Source of the DNA: a virus
DNA: 64,000 nt
IMG/VR virus record: IMGVR_UViG_3300027659_000015
Location: 41,722-105,721 of that record
Reading direction: 5' to 3' (one strand)
Positions 39,500-50,197 of this stretch are shown here, in pieces. The stretch's first letter is position 1. Each line of letters starts with the position of its first letter. The notes below the pieces were generated by a model that ran no database searches, was not told where the DNA came from, and worked only from the letters and a program-made list of their open reading frames with translations. The position numbers were made by a program, and so were the translations under genes.

Positions 39500-41218
39500 A
39501 TGGCATTTCAAATCTCTCCAGGTGTAAATGTATCCGAAGTAGACTTAACAACAGTCGTACCTTCCGTACTTACAACTGCTGGTGCATTTGCTGGAAATTT
39601 TGCATGGGGTCCAGCAAATCAAATTAAATTAATCGATAGTGAAATCACTTTAGTAAAAACGTTTGGTAAACCAAATTCAAATACAGCAGTACCATTCTTT
39701 ACTGCTGCAAGCTTTTTGGCATATGGTGACAATTTAAGTATTGTTCGTGCTGTTGGTTCTGGTGCATTAAATGCTGACGCAAACACAGCAAATGCAAACA
39801 TTCAAATTACCAATGAAGAAGCTTATGAAGCATCGTATTTAAATGTTAATTCTTCAAATCTTTCTGGTCCTTTTGCAGCACGTTATGCTGGATCTTTAGG
39901 AAATTCAATTAAAGTTGAAGTTTTTGATTCAGCAAATTCCACACTATTCAATGCTTGGTCGTATAAATCATATTTTACATCTACACCAGGAACATCATCA
40001 CAGGTGGCTGCTGCTGGCGGCACTAATGATGAGATTCACATTATAGTTACAGATGCTAATGGTTTATTTACTGGTACTCCAGGAACAGTATTAGAAACTT
40101 ATCCATTTGTTTCTAAACTATCTACTAGTACATTGAATGGTGCAAGTACTTATTATAAACAGGTAATCTTTAACGATTCAAATTACATTTATTCAATGGA
40201 TCCTGTTGATTATAGTAATACAAATAGTACATGGGGTTCATCTAATGCCGCAACATCATTCGCCAGAATTAGTTCAGCAACATATGCAAATGGTTATTAC
40301 TCTGTTACTTTGGCTGGTGGTGTAGATTCAGCACCGGCTGACGGAAACACGCAGTCTGCTTACAGTTTGTTCTCAAATAAAGAAACAGTTGATATTGCTT
40401 TGGTATTGACTGGTGATTCAAGCGTAACTGTTCAACAACATGTAATTGATAATTTAACTACAAGTCGTGCTGATTGTGTGGCATTTGTTTCACCACGTTA
40501 TGTCGATGTTGTTAATAAGTCAGGAAACGAAACAACTAATATTCAAAGTTGGTTAACAAGTCTAGGTAGAAGTTCATCTTATGTTATGGCAGATTCTGGT
40601 TGGAAATATCAATACGACAAATACAACAATGTATATCGTTGGATTCCATTGAACGGTGACATTGCTGGTCTATGTGTATACACAGATACAATTAAAGATC
40701 CATGGTTCTCACCGGCTGGTTTCAACCGTGGTGCTATCAAGAACTGTATCAAGTTAGCATGGAACCCAACTAAGACATTCCGTGATGTATTGTATGCAGC
40801 AGGTGTCAATCCTGTTGTATCTTTCCCTGGTCAAGGTACCGTATTGTTTGGTGACAAAACATTACAATCTAAACCATCAGCGTTTGACCGAATCAATGTT
40901 CGCAGACTATTCATCACATTAGAGAAATCTATTGCTAAAGCTGCTCAATATTCATTGTTTGAATTGAACGATGAATTCACACGTGCTCAGTTTAATAATT
41001 TGGTAACTCCATTCTTACGTGACATCCAAGGTCGCCGTGGTATTACAGACTTTAAAGTGATATGTGATTCAACCAATAACACTCCACAAGTTATTGATTC
41101 TAACCAATTTGTTGGTGATATCTATATTAAGCCTGCTCGTTCTGTCAACTTTATTCAGTTGAACTTTGTGGCCGTTGGAACTGGTGTTGACTTCAACACT
41201 ACCGTTGGTGTGGCTTAA
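39500..41218 (+). CDS. gp18: tail sheath protein gp18
   Basis: SPGV...EVDLT; PWFSPAG.NRG; FGDKT.....SAFDRINVRRLF; IKPARS.NFI.LNF. Confidence 0.98.
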   Translation: MAFQISPGVNVSEVDLTTVVPSVLTTAGAFAGNFAWGPANQIKLIDSEITLVKTFGKPNSNTAVPFFTAASFLAYGDNLSIVRAVGSGALNADANTANANIQITNEEAYEASYLNVNSSNLSGPFAARYAGSLGNSIKVEVFDSANSTLFNAWSYKSYFTSTPGTSSQVAAAGGTNDEIHIIVTDANGLFTGTPGTVLETYPFVSKLSTSTLNGASTYYKQVIFNDSNYIYSMDPVDYSNTNSTWGSSNAATSFARISSATYANGYYSVTLAGGVDSAPADGNTQSAYSLFSNKETVDIALVLTGDSSVTVQQHVIDNLTTSRADCVAFVSPRYVDVVNKSGNETTNIQSWLTSLGRSSSYVMADSGWKYQYDKYNNVYRWIPLNGDIAGLCVYTDTIKDPWFSPAGFNRGAIKNCIKLAWNPTKTFRDVLYAAGVNPVVSFPGQGTVLFGDKTLQSKPSAFDRINVRRLFITLEKSIAKAAQYSLFELNDEFTRAQFNNLVTPFLRDIQGRRGITDFKVICDSTNNTPQVIDSNQFVGDIYIKPARSVNFIQLNFVAVGTGVDFNTTVGVA

Positions 41219-41244
41219 TAAATAAACAATAACAGGAGAAAAGA

Positions 41245-41790
41245 ATGGCATTCAATGTAGCAGAATTTAGAGCGAATATGATTGGAGACGGTGCACGTCC
41301 TAATCTATTTTCGGTCACTTTAACTTTTCCAACTATTGCTTCAAACAGTACTGCATCTGGTCAAAAATTAACATTTATGGCCAAGACAGCACAATTACCA
41401 GGTTCAACCATTGGAACTGTACCAGTATATTATTTCGGTCGTGAAATGAAATTTGCTGGTAACAGAACTTTTGCTGACTGGACATTAACAATTATCAATG
41501 ATGAAGATTTCACAATTAGAAATAGTCTTGAATCATGGATGAATGCTATTAATAGTCACGCAGGTAATATTCGTAGCAGTGCTGCTAAAAACGCAGTCAA
41601 CTACACAGTTGACGCAATAGTAACACAATACGGAAAAACAGGTAACGAACTTAAAAAATATAAATTTGTTGGAGTATTTCCAGTAGATTTGGCACCAATT
41701 GATTTAGATTGGGGTTCAAATGATACCATCGAAGAGTATGCAGCAACATTTGCATATCAATTCTGGGAATCAGAGAACACAACAACTTGA
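41245..41790 (+). CDS. gp19: tail tube protein gp19
   Basis: GARPNLF; AQLPGS; GR..K.AG.RTF.DWT.TIINDEDF. Confidence 0.97.
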   Translation: MAFNVAEFRANMIGDGARPNLFSVTLTFPTIASNSTASGQKLTFMAKTAQLPGSTIGTVPVYYFGREMKFAGNRTFADWTLTIINDEDFTIRNSLESWMNAINSHAGNIRSSAAKNAVNYTVDAIVTQYGKTGNELKKYKFVGVFPVDLAPIDLDWGSNDTIEEYAATFAYQFWESENTTT

Positions 41791-41796
41791 TTTTAC

Positions 41797-41829
41797 GGAG
41801 GGATTAATTTTCCTCCTTTATGTTTTTTT
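41797..41829 (+). terminator. probable intrinsic terminator after gp19
   Basis: GGAGGGA-ttaatt-TTCCTCC hairpin followed by TTTATGTTTTTTT. Confidence 0.6.
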
Positions 41830-41852
41830 GACTTTATAATTAATTTAAAAAT

Positions 41853-43526
41853 ATGGCTAATACAAATAAATTTTCACTTTTTGGTTTTACAATATCCCGT
41901 GAAAAAGATGAGCTTGAGAAATCAGCTCAACAGTCGTTTTCGCCTCCAACTACGGATGATGGCGCATTAACTATTACATCTGCTGCTTATTACGGTACAT
42001 ACGTTGACCTTGACGGTACAGCCAAGAATGAGGTAGAACTTATCTCTCGTTACCGTGAAATGGCAATGCAACCAGAAATTGAATCTGCGATAGATGATAT
42101 AATTAATGAAGCCATTGTACAAGATGATGATGGTACAATTACAAACATCATTTTAGATAATCTAAAACAACCAGATAAGATTAAGAAAGCCATCAAAGAT
42201 GAATTTCAAACCATCTTACGTCTGTTTAATTATAAAAACATGGCACAAGATGTTTTTCGTAGATATTATATCGATGGTAGATTGTTTTATCATGTAATTA
42301 TTGATAGAGAAAAACCTACTGAAGGCATTAAAGAACTAAGATACATTGATCCACGTAAACTACGTAAGGTACGTGAGATTAAGAAACAGAAAGACGAAAG
42401 AACCGGTGCAGATATTATGCAAACGGTTAATGAATATTACATCTACAACGATAAGGTTGTGGCTGGTTCATCATCGAATTATGGTCCAGTTGGTGTTCGT
42501 ATTACAACAGACTCAATCGTTTCGGTTGTTTCTGGATTAATGGATTCACGTAGAGCAGTCGTTCTGAGTTATCTACATAAAGCTATCAAACCTCTCAATC
42601 AACTTCGGATGATTGAAGATGCAACGGTGATTTACCGAATTTCGAGAGCTCCAGAACGCCGCATCTTTTATATTGACGTAGGTAATCTACCAAAATTAAA
42701 AGCAGAGCAGTATCTCCGTGATATTATGGTGAAATACAAGAACAAACTTGTATATGATTCTAACACAGGTGAGGTACGTGATGACCGCAAACACATGTCT
42801 ATGTTGGAAGATTTTTGGTTACCTCGCCGTGAAGGTGGTAAAGGTACAGAAATTACCACATTGCCAGGTGGCCAGAACCTAGGTGAGTTAGAAGATGTTA
42901 AGTATTTTCAAAAGAAATTATATGGTGCATTGTCTGTACCAATTTCTAGATTAGAACCAAATCAAGGTTTCTCATTAGGTCGTACCTCTGAGATTACCCG
43001 TGACGAATTAAAGTTTTCTAAATTTGTTGACCGTTTACGTAACAAGTTTACAGAAGTGTTTGACCAAGCACTAAGAATACAATGTGTTCTCAAAGGTATT
43101 TGTACAGCTCAAGAGTGGGATTTATTTAAAGAACACATCTATTATGATTTCATTAAAGATAATAACTTTGCTGAACTTAAAGAAGCAGAACTGATGAACC
43201 AACGATTAAGTTTGTTGGGTGCCGTTGATGCCTACACAGGTCGTTATTTTTCACAAGCATGGATTCAACGTCATGTTTTACGTTTGACAGATGATGAAAT
43301 TGAAGAAATGCAAAAAGAAATCGATACCGAGAAAGAAGAAGGATTAGGTTTACCAGTTGGTGTTATGAATGACGTTGCTCAACAGCAAATGATGAGTAAT
43401 GTACCAGCACAAGCAACTCATCCAGAAGATTTGAAGGCACAAGCTGAATTACAATCGCAATCACAAAAACAGCAGGCCAAAAAAGAAGAAGTGAATACTT
43501 TCACAAAACTGAAACGTATATTATAA
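41853..43526 (+). CDS. gp20: portal protein gp20
   Basis: YLHKAIKP.NQLRM.EDA.VIYR..RAPERR.FYIDVGNLP; EDFWLPRREGGKGTEI.TLPGGQNLG. Confidence 0.98.
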   Translation: MANTNKFSLFGFTISREKDELEKSAQQSFSPPTTDDGALTITSAAYYGTYVDLDGTAKNEVELISRYREMAMQPEIESAIDDIINEAIVQDDDGTITNIILDNLKQPDKIKKAIKDEFQTILRLFNYKNMAQDVFRRYYIDGRLFYHVIIDREKPTEGIKELRYIDPRKLRKVREIKKQKDERTGADIMQTVNEYYIYNDKVVAGSSSNYGPVGVRITTDSIVSVVSGLMDSRRAVVLSYLHKAIKPLNQLRMIEDATVIYRISRAPERRIFYIDVGNLPKLKAEQYLRDIMVKYKNKLVYDSNTGEVRDDRKHMSMLEDFWLPRREGGKGTEITTLPGGQNLGELEDVKYFQKKLYGALSVPISRLEPNQGFSLGRTSEITRDELKFSKFVDRLRNKFTEVFDQALRIQCVLKGICTAQEWDLFKEHIYYDFIKDNNFAELKEAELMNQRLSLLGAVDAYTGRYFSQAWIQRHVLRLTDDEIEEMQKEIDTEKEEGLGLPVGVMNDVAQQQMMSNVPAQATHPEDLKAQAELQSQSQKQQAKKEEVNTFTKLKRIL

Positions 43527-43529
43527 ATA
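43522..43529 (+). promoter_or_regulatory. late promoter (TATAAATA)
   Basis: Exact T4 late consensus at the gp20 stop. Confidence 0.75.
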
Positions 43530-43548
43530 GTTTAATTGGGAGAACAAT

Positions 43549-43740
43549 ATGTCAGAAACAACAAGAGCAATTATAGATTATGCAGAAGATGGTAACGCAA
43601 CAGAGATGCGTGATGCTTTGTATTCTGCTATTCAAGATAGAGTTATGGCTCATATCGAAAACCATAAAGAACAGTTAGCAAAGAACCTTTTTTCACAGCC
43701 ACCAGAAGTAGAAGCTGAAACAGAAGATTCATCCGTTTAA
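43549..43740 (+). CDS. prohead core protein (gp67-like)
   Basis: Small acidic helical protein immediately after the portal, in the T4 gp67 position. Confidence 0.6.
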   Translation: MSETTRAIIDYAEDGNATEMRDALYSAIQDRVMAHIENHKEQLAKNLFSQPPEVEAETEDSSV

Positions 43741-43752
43741 TAGGAAATAAAA

Positions 43753-44274
43753 ATGGCAAATTCATTCACATATCAAGTGATAAAAGATACCACAGAACAT
43801 ACTGTTATTAAATTAACAGGATCTTTTGATGGTACCGGTCAAGAATCTAATGCAGTTCGTATTCAAGCAAATACACTATATGGCGCATTAGATAGTTCCA
43901 AAGCTAATTTGTTATCGTCTGCAGCAAACACAGGATCTCTTTCATATTATGGACTGGCATTAAATCGTTTGTGGTATGATTGTCCTTCTGGTGGTGATGT
44001 ACAACTATTTTGGAATGCATCAACACCATTAACATTGATTGCTATGAACGGCAACGGAGAATATGATGGTATGGGCAATTGGACAACAATTCCAAATAAT
44101 ACAGCTGGTGCGGCAGGCAGTAAAGGTGACCTTGGTGTTGTGACCCGTGGCATGCTTGCAAACGACTCATATACCATGATTATTGAACTACGTAAAGATA
44201 ATGCTCAATATCAACGTGGTCAATTTAATGATCCTGCAGCGTTTAACTACGGATCTTACGGCGTAAGGCCATAA
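43753..44274 (+). CDS. head-module hypothetical/virion protein (occupies the gp68 position)
   Basis: Synteny between gp67-like and gp21; SD AGGA. Confidence 0.55.
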   Translation: MANSFTYQVIKDTTEHTVIKLTGSFDGTGQESNAVRIQANTLYGALDSSKANLLSSAANTGSLSYYGLALNRLWYDCPSGGDVQLFWNASTPLTLIAMNGNGEYDGMGNWTTIPNNTAGAAGSKGDLGVVTRGMLANDSYTMIIELRKDNAQYQRGQFNDPAAFNYGSYGVRP

Positions 44275-44287
44275 AAGAAAGTCTATA

Positions 44288-44932
44288 ATGAAACTCATTA
44301 AAGAAATTACCGAATCGGTAAACTACTTAGTAGAAGAAAAAAATGGCAAGAAAGAACTCTATATTGAAGGTCCTTTTCTTGTTGCTGAGTCGGTTAACAA
44401 AAACAAACGCATGTACAAAGAAGAAACTATGCGTAATGAAGTTAATCGTTATACAGAAGAATACATTAATAAAAACCGTGCCTTTGGTGAATTGGGTCAT
44501 CCAGACACCCCATCCATTAATCTTGACCGTGTATCTCACTTAATTGTGGGTTTACATCAAGAGGGAAATGCTTGGATAGGCAAAGCTAAAATCCTTGAAA
44601 CCCCTATGGGTAACATTGCAAGAAGCCTTATTGAAAGTGGTGCACAATTAGGTGTGTCATCTAGAGGTATGGGTTCTCTTAAAATGGAAAACGGTATCAA
44701 CGTTGTTCAAGGTGATTTTTGTCTAGCCACAGCGGCAGATATAGTAGCAGACCCTTCTGCGCCTGGTGCTTTTGTACAAGGTATCATGGAAGGTAAAGAG
44801 TGGATGATGGTAAACGGATCATGGACTGAAGTTCAATTGGAGGAAGCAAAACAAGAAATTCGTCAAGCTTCTAAAAAACAGATTGAACAAGTCAGTTTAA
44901 AAATATTCGAAAATTTCATCAAAAAACTTTAA
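44288..44932 (+). CDS. gp21: prohead protease gp21
   Basis: MKLI.E; RA.GELGHP....INLDRVSH; GVSSRGMGS; DIVADPSAP.AFV. Confidence 0.97.
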   Translation: MKLIKEITESVNYLVEEKNGKKELYIEGPFLVAESVNKNKRMYKEETMRNEVNRYTEEYINKNRAFGELGHPDTPSINLDRVSHLIVGLHQEGNAWIGKAKILETPMGNIARSLIESGAQLGVSSRGMGSLKMENGINVVQGDFCLATAADIVADPSAPGAFVQGIMEGKEWMMVNGSWTEVQLEEAKQEIRQASKKQIEQVSLKIFENFIKKL

Positions 44933-44933
44933 T

Positions 44934-44941
44934 TATAAATA
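44934..44941 (+). promoter_or_regulatory. late promoter (TATAAATA) for gp22
   Basis: Exact T4 late consensus. Confidence 0.75.
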
Positions 44942-44968
44942 TCCATTATATACAAGGAGATTCTCAAA

Positions 44969-46240
44969 ATGGGAAATTTTAATCTAGCAGACGCCGCTAA
45001 AGCAATCTTAGTCGAAGGTGCAAAAGAATCTTTCGATTCTAACATTTCGTCTAAGCAAGGCGGTAAAGACAAACCATCTAAATTACCTACATCAGTTGCT
45101 TACGGTAACAAAGATGTTGGTAAAGTCGGTGATGCACCAGAAGAAATGGATGATACTAATCCAGATTACACAAAAGGCACACCATCAGCAACACCTCCAG
45201 GTGCTACACCACCAGTTGGTTCACAACCTATGGCTAAACTAAAAGGTCAACCAGGAGAAGATTCAGCTGCCGGTACAACACCAGTACAAGAACCAGCCAC
45301 AGATTATTCATCTATTCGTGACCGTGTGAAGGCTAAATTGGCCAAGCAAACTATGCAGCCTAATCCAGGTGCTACATTCCAATCTTACGGTGAAGAAACC
45401 GAAGAAGAAGGTGAAGTAGTTGCTGAAGAAAAAGAAGAAGGTCATGAGGACGCTAAGCAAGACAAAGCCATGATTAAGAAGATGATGAAGAAAGAAAAGA
45501 TGAAAGAGCAAATGGAACAAGACGTTGATGCTCTATTGTCTGGTGAAAACCTTTCTGAAGAATTCAAAGACAAGGCTACCACAATTTTCGAAGCTGCCGT
45601 TATTGCTCGTACACAAGCTGTAATGGAAGATATTGAACAGGCACTATTCGAAGAATTCGAAGTTGCCGTTGAAGAAATCAAAGAAGACTTGGCTACCAAG
45701 TTAGATGATTATATCAATTACATGGCCGAAGAATGGTTGAAAGAAAACCAATTGGCAGTTGAAAAAGGTCTACGTGCTGAAATCGTGGAATCTTTCATCA
45801 ATGGTATGAAAGACCTATTCGAATCACATTACATCGACATTCCAGAAGAAAAAGTGGATGTTGTTGAAGGTCTAACAAGCAAAGTCGAAGAACTTGAATC
45901 TTCATTGAACGAACAGATTCAATCTGCCGTTGACTTGAAGAAAGAACTTAACGAACACAAAAAAACAGAGGCTATACATGCAGTATGTGAAGGCCTAACG
46001 CAGACTCAAGTAGAGAAAATGAAATCACTCGCAGAGGGTGTTGAGTTTACTACTGACGAAGAATTCGCAGATAAACTGGTAACGTTGAGGGAATCTTATT
46101 TCAATCAACCAATCAATACATCTGGTAGTTCTGCATTGAACGAAGAAGTCGATATCGAAGAAGACAAAAAGCCTACAGGCCGTGTCGATGCAGAAATCGC
46201 ACAGTATGCACAAACAATCTCTAAAACATTGGTTAAATAA
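44969..46240 (+). CDS. gp22: prohead core scaffold protein gp22
   Basis: LSEEFK.KA.TIFEAAV; D.Y..Y..EEW..EN.LA.E.GLR.EI.E.F; LRESYF. Confidence 0.93.
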   Translation: MGNFNLADAAKAILVEGAKESFDSNISSKQGGKDKPSKLPTSVAYGNKDVGKVGDAPEEMDDTNPDYTKGTPSATPPGATPPVGSQPMAKLKGQPGEDSAAGTTPVQEPATDYSSIRDRVKAKLAKQTMQPNPGATFQSYGEETEEEGEVVAEEKEEGHEDAKQDKAMIKKMMKKEKMKEQMEQDVDALLSGENLSEEFKDKATTIFEAAVIARTQAVMEDIEQALFEEFEVAVEEIKEDLATKLDDYINYMAEEWLKENQLAVEKGLRAEIVESFINGMKDLFESHYIDIPEEKVDVVEGLTSKVEELESSLNEQIQSAVDLKKELNEHKKTEAIHAVCEGLTQTQVEKMKSLAEGVEFTTDEEFADKLVTLRESYFNQPINTSGSSALNEEVDIEEDKKPTGRVDAEIAQYAQTISKTLVK

Positions 46241-46281
46241 ATAAAATTTACCAACACATAAAACTATAAGGATAACATAAA

Positions 46282-47622
46282 ATGTTTCTAACAGAAGAAT
46301 TACAACAAAAGTGGTCACCAGTTCTGAATCATCCAGAACTCGAAGCCATTAAAGACCCATACAAGAAAGCAGTTACTGCTCTTGTTTTGGAAAACCAACA
46401 ACAAGCTATGGCTCAAGACCGTCAGTCTTTGAACGAAACTACATCTGCTACACCAACTAACGTTGCCGGTGGTGTTTCGAACTATGACCCAATCTTGATT
46501 TCATTGGTTCGCCGTGCTTTGCCTAATCTAATTGCTTATGACGTTGCTGGCGTTCAGCCAATGACTGGTCCTACCGGTTTGATTTTTGCAATGCGTGCTC
46601 GTTACAACGCACAATCTGGTGGCCCATCTAACAGTAATGAAGCATTCTTCAATGAAGCAAATACCGAATTCTCTGGTACTTCTTCTGTTGCTAATCCATA
46701 CGGCTTCCGTGGTAACAATGCAACTGACGTTGTTACAAACGCTGGTGCTGACTTGACTGCTAACAGTTACACAACTGGTATTCCTTTGCCAACAGCTACT
46801 GCTGAAGGTTTGGGTGCAGATTCTGGTGTTGCTTTCCAACAAATGGCATTCTCTATTGAGAAAGTTACTGTTACTGCTCAGTCACGTGCTTTGAAGGCCG
46901 AGTACTCACTTGAACTTGCTCAAGACTTGAAGGCAATCCATGGTTTGGATGCTGAAACAGAATTGTCAAACATTCTGTCTACAGAAATTTTGGCTGAAAT
47001 CAACCGTGAAGTTATCCGTACCATTTATACTTGTGCCGTAGCCGGTGCTCAGTATGGTACTACTACTGCTGGTGCTTTCGACTTGGACACCGACTCTAAC
47101 GGTCGTTGGTCTGTTGAGCGTTTTAAAGGTTTGATTTTCCAAATTGAACGTGATGCTAACGTAATTGCTAAGCAAACTCGTCGTGGTAAAGGTAACGTGA
47201 TGATTGTATCATCTGACGTTGCTTCTGCTATGGCAATGGCTGGTGTGTTGTCTTACACTCCAAACCTGTCTGCTGACCTACAAGTTGATGACACAGGCAA
47301 TACATTTGCTGGTTTGTTACATGGTCGTATCAAGGTTTATATCGATCCTTATTTTGGTGGTTATACATCAAACCAAGAATTGGTTACAATCGGTTATAAA
47401 GGTTCATCTCCTTATGACGCTGGTATCTTCTATTGCCCATACGTACCGTTGCAAATGGTTCGTGCAATTGACCAGGCTACATTCCAACCAAAAATTGGTT
47501 TCAAGACTCGTTACGGCATGGTTGCAAACCCATTCGCTACAGGATTGACAAGTGGTAACGGCGCATTGAACGCACGTTCAAACGTTTACTATCGTATCTT
47601 TGCCGTCAAAAACTTGATGTAA
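46282..47622 (+). CDS. gp23: major capsid protein gp23
   Basis: LISLVRRA.PNLIAYD..GVQPMTGPTGLIFAMR; SRALKAEYS.ELAQDLKAIHGLDAE.EL; YCPYVPL; FQPKIGFKTRYG. Confidence 0.99.
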   Translation: MFLTEELQQKWSPVLNHPELEAIKDPYKKAVTALVLENQQQAMAQDRQSLNETTSATPTNVAGGVSNYDPILISLVRRALPNLIAYDVAGVQPMTGPTGLIFAMRARYNAQSGGPSNSNEAFFNEANTEFSGTSSVANPYGFRGNNATDVVTNAGADLTANSYTTGIPLPTATAEGLGADSGVAFQQMAFSIEKVTVTAQSRALKAEYSLELAQDLKAIHGLDAETELSNILSTEILAEINREVIRTIYTCAVAGAQYGTTTAGAFDLDTDSNGRWSVERFKGLIFQIERDANVIAKQTRRGKGNVMIVSSDVASAMAMAGVLSYTPNLSADLQVDDTGNTFAGLLHGRIKVYIDPYFGGYTSNQELVTIGYKGSSPYDAGIFYCPYVPLQMVRAIDQATFQPKIGFKTRYGMVANPFATGLTSGNGALNARSNVYYRIFAVKNLM

Positions 47623-47650
47623 AAAGAAGTCACCGTAGAGTGATATTTAA

Positions 47651-47679
47651 AAGACCACTTTCGAGTGGTCTTTTTTTTT
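47651..47679 (+). terminator. intrinsic terminator after gp23
   Basis: GACCACT-TTCG-AGTGGTC plus T9; UUCG loops are typical of T4 terminators. Confidence 0.9.
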
Positions 47680-47709
47680 GGCTCCTAAATAATAGATAAG
47701 GAGAAATGA

Positions 47710-48222
47710 ATGACTGTATTAAACAGAAGTCCACAAAATACCAATCCATTACAAGCTACAAAATTTTTACTAACGTTTGCACGTATTAAGGCTGTACAGT
47801 ATTTTTGTCAAGAAGTTAATCTTCCTGGTGTATCATTAGGTGAAGTTAATCGAGCTACTCCATTTTTAGATATGTATTCTCCAGGTACTAAACTAACATA
47901 TGAACCACTTGATGTAACATTTACTATTGATGAAGAATTACAATCATGGAAAAATATGTACGATTGGTTTTTAACTATTGCTAGTCCAGATGGTTTTGAA
48001 GGCCGTACTTATGTAAGAGAACTACAAAGAAGTGAACATTTATCTGATGCCACTTTGACAGTATTATCTGCATTGAATAATCCAATATTAAGAATTGAAT
48101 TTACCAATGTATTTCCATTATCATTGAGTGATATTCAATTCGATACCAAATCATCTGCAGATAATATTATTACAGCCAAGGCAACATTCAGATATCAATC
48201 ATATAAACACTTGACAGTATAA
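47710..48222 (+). CDS. gp3: tail completion protein gp3
   Basis: YFCQ.VNLPG; PG.KL.Y..L.V.F..DE.L; SDATL..L; FP..LS...F; late promoter CCTAAATA 47684-47691. Confidence 0.88.
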   Translation: MTVLNRSPQNTNPLQATKFLLTFARIKAVQYFCQEVNLPGVSLGEVNRATPFLDMYSPGTKLTYEPLDVTFTIDEELQSWKNMYDWFLTIASPDGFEGRTYVRELQRSEHLSDATLTVLSALNNPILRIEFTNVFPLSLSDIQFDTKSSADNIITAKATFRYQSYKHLTV

Positions 48223-48239
48223 TACTTTTGTGATATAAT
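48211..48239 (+). promoter_or_regulatory. sigma70-type (early) promoter for uvsY-uvsW
   Basis: TTGACA-17-TATAAT with TG extension. Confidence 0.85.
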
Positions 48240-48282
48240 GTTTTTATTATGTAAGCTATTGACCTAATTGATTATTTTAAAT

Positions 48283-48717
48283 ATGGAAACACTTGAACAG
48301 ATATTAAAGATGTGGGAATCCGATGTAATTATCGACCAAACGGAACCCTCCAAAGAATTATTAAAGATACCAAGGTATCATAGTAAGTATTTGTCCGTCT
48401 TAACTAAACATAGAATTGCCTCAAAGAAGGCTCATTTTGATTATTTACGTATGCGTAAAGTCAAATGGGAATACTTTACTGGTAAAATGTCGCAAGATGA
48501 ATTGGAACAATATGGTTGGGAGCCATTTCAGTTTGCTCTCAAGTCTGACATAACAACATACCTAGAAGCAGATTCAGACCTTATCAAGTTGCTTGAGAAG
48601 AAGGTCTATCACGAAGAGGTCGTATCGGTATTAGAATCTATTATGAACGAATTGAAACAAAGAACATGGCAACTACGTGACTTTATATCATGGGAGAAAT
48701 TCATTGGTGGCCAGTGA
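48283..48717 (+). CDS. uvsY: recombination mediator UvsY
   Basis: W..D..ID.......L.IP..HSKYL; K.EY.TGK; R..Q....I.W.KF; ATG at 48283 preferred. Confidence 0.9.
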   Translation: METLEQILKMWESDVIIDQTEPSKELLKIPRYHSKYLSVLTKHRIASKKAHFDYLRMRKVKWEYFTGKMSQDELEQYGWEPFQFALKSDITTYLEADSDLIKLLEKKVYHEEVVSVLESIMNELKQRTWQLRDFISWEKFIGGQ

Positions 48718-50197
48718 TTTAATTATTACTAAGAAAGATGAAGTCTTTGCCAAGGTGGCCTGTGAACGCCACATTGCAATGGAACTGTCTGAGTTCTTCA
48801 CCTTCTTTGTACCAGGCTATCAGTTCGTTCCAGCCTATCGGAATCGAATATGGGACGGTAAAATAAGATTGTTTGCTTTACAATCTGGTCAAATCTATCT
48901 TGGTCTTGTGCCTTATCTCAAAGAATTCTGTACCGAGCGTGAATATACATACGAAATAGAAGAGTTAACAGATGAATACTCTGTATATCTGGCAGAAAAG
49001 TTTATCAAAACGTTAAATCTTCATTCGAACGGACAACCAATTGAGGTCAGAGAACACCAATTAAATGCTTATGTTCACGCAATGCGCAATCGTAGAGCAT
49101 TGTTATTGTCACCTACGGCATCAGGCAAATCATTAATCATTTATCTTATTTGCCGGCAGTTATTAGATTATCAAAAACTTAAAGGTCTTATTATTGTTCC
49201 GACTACATCTTTGGTAGAACAATTATACGCAGACTTTGGTGATTATGCAAGTGAAAGTGGTTTCAAAAACTTTATGCATGTGCATAGAATTTACCAAGGT
49301 AAAGAAAAGACCACAGATAAAGCCATTACAATATCTACATGGCAATCATTGTATCAGATGGACAAATCTTATTTTGAACAGTTTGATTACATTATAGGTG
49401 ACGAAGCACATCTATTCAAGGCACAGTCTTTGACAACCATTATGACTTCTGCCAACAAAACAAAATACCGTATTGGTCTAACTGGTACTTTGGATGGAAC
49501 CAAAACACACAAATTGGTATTGGAAGGTTTATTTGGTCCTGTAGAAAAAGTTATTACAACTAAAGAATTAATTGATAAGAAACAACTATCAGATTTTGTT
49601 ATTAAATGTTTGGTACTTAAACACTCGGATGAGATATGTGCTGAGATGAAAGGTGCAACTTATGTGGATGAGATTCAGTATCTAATTGCCAATGAGGCAA
49701 GAAATAAATTCATTCGTAATCTAACCATATCATTAAAGACCAATACTTTGGTATTGTATCAAATGGTAGAGAAACACGGTAAGATTCTTTTTGATATGAT
49801 TAAAGAACGAGCTGGTGAAAGAAAGGTATTCTTTGTACATGGGGGTACAGAAACCGAAACAAGAGAAGAGATTCGTGGAATTATGGAGAAAGAAAATGAT
49901 GCAATTGTTGTTGCTTCTTTTGGCACCTTTAGTACTGGGATTAATATACGTAATTTGCACAATATTATATTTGCGTCGCCGTCAAAGTCCAGAGTTAGGA
50001 ACTTGCAATCAATTGGTCGAGGTCTCAGGCAGTCTGAGGGTAAAACCATTGCAACACTCTACGACATTGCAGATGACCTCAGACACAAAAAACATATGAA
50101 CTTTACACTACAACATTTCGTGGAAAGAGTGAAGATATATAATGAAGAGAAGTTCTCATTTAAAATTTACAACATAGGACTCAAAGATGGAAAATAA
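48707..50197 (+). CDS. uvsW: DNA helicase UvsW
   Basis: WDGKIRLF; SPTASGKSL; IGDEAH; GLTGTL; LQSIGR.LR; GTG start at 48707 with GGGAG SD. Confidence 0.96.
   Translation: MASDLIITKKDEVFAKVACERHIAMELSEFFTFFVPGYQFVPAYRNRIWDGKIRLFALQSGQIYLGLVPYLKEFCTEREYTYEIEELTDEYSVYLAEKFIKTLNLHSNGQPIEVREHQLNAYVHAMRNRRALLLSPTASGKSLIIYLICRQLLDYQKLKGLIIVPTTSLVEQLYADFGDYASESGFKNFMHVHRIYQGKEKTTDKAITISTWQSLYQMDKSYFEQFDYIIGDEAHLFKAQSLTTIMTSANKTKYRIGLTGTLDGTKTHKLVLEGLFGPVEKVITTKELIDKKQLSDFVIKCLVLKHSDEICAEMKGATYVDEIQYLIANEARNKFIRNLTISLKTNTLVLYQMVEKHGKILFDMIKERAGERKVFFVHGGTETETREEIRGIMEKENDAIVVASFGTFSTGINIRNLHNIIFASPSKSRVRNLQSIGRGLRQSEGKTIATLYDIADDLRHKKHMNFTLQHFVERVKIYNEEKFSFKIYNIGLKDGK

Noticed and set aside
47629-47644. 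Small hairpin after gp23 sharing CCGTAGAG with the terminator loop at ~56329
   Set aside because: Only two copies of an 8-mer with different pairing; chance cannot be excluded.
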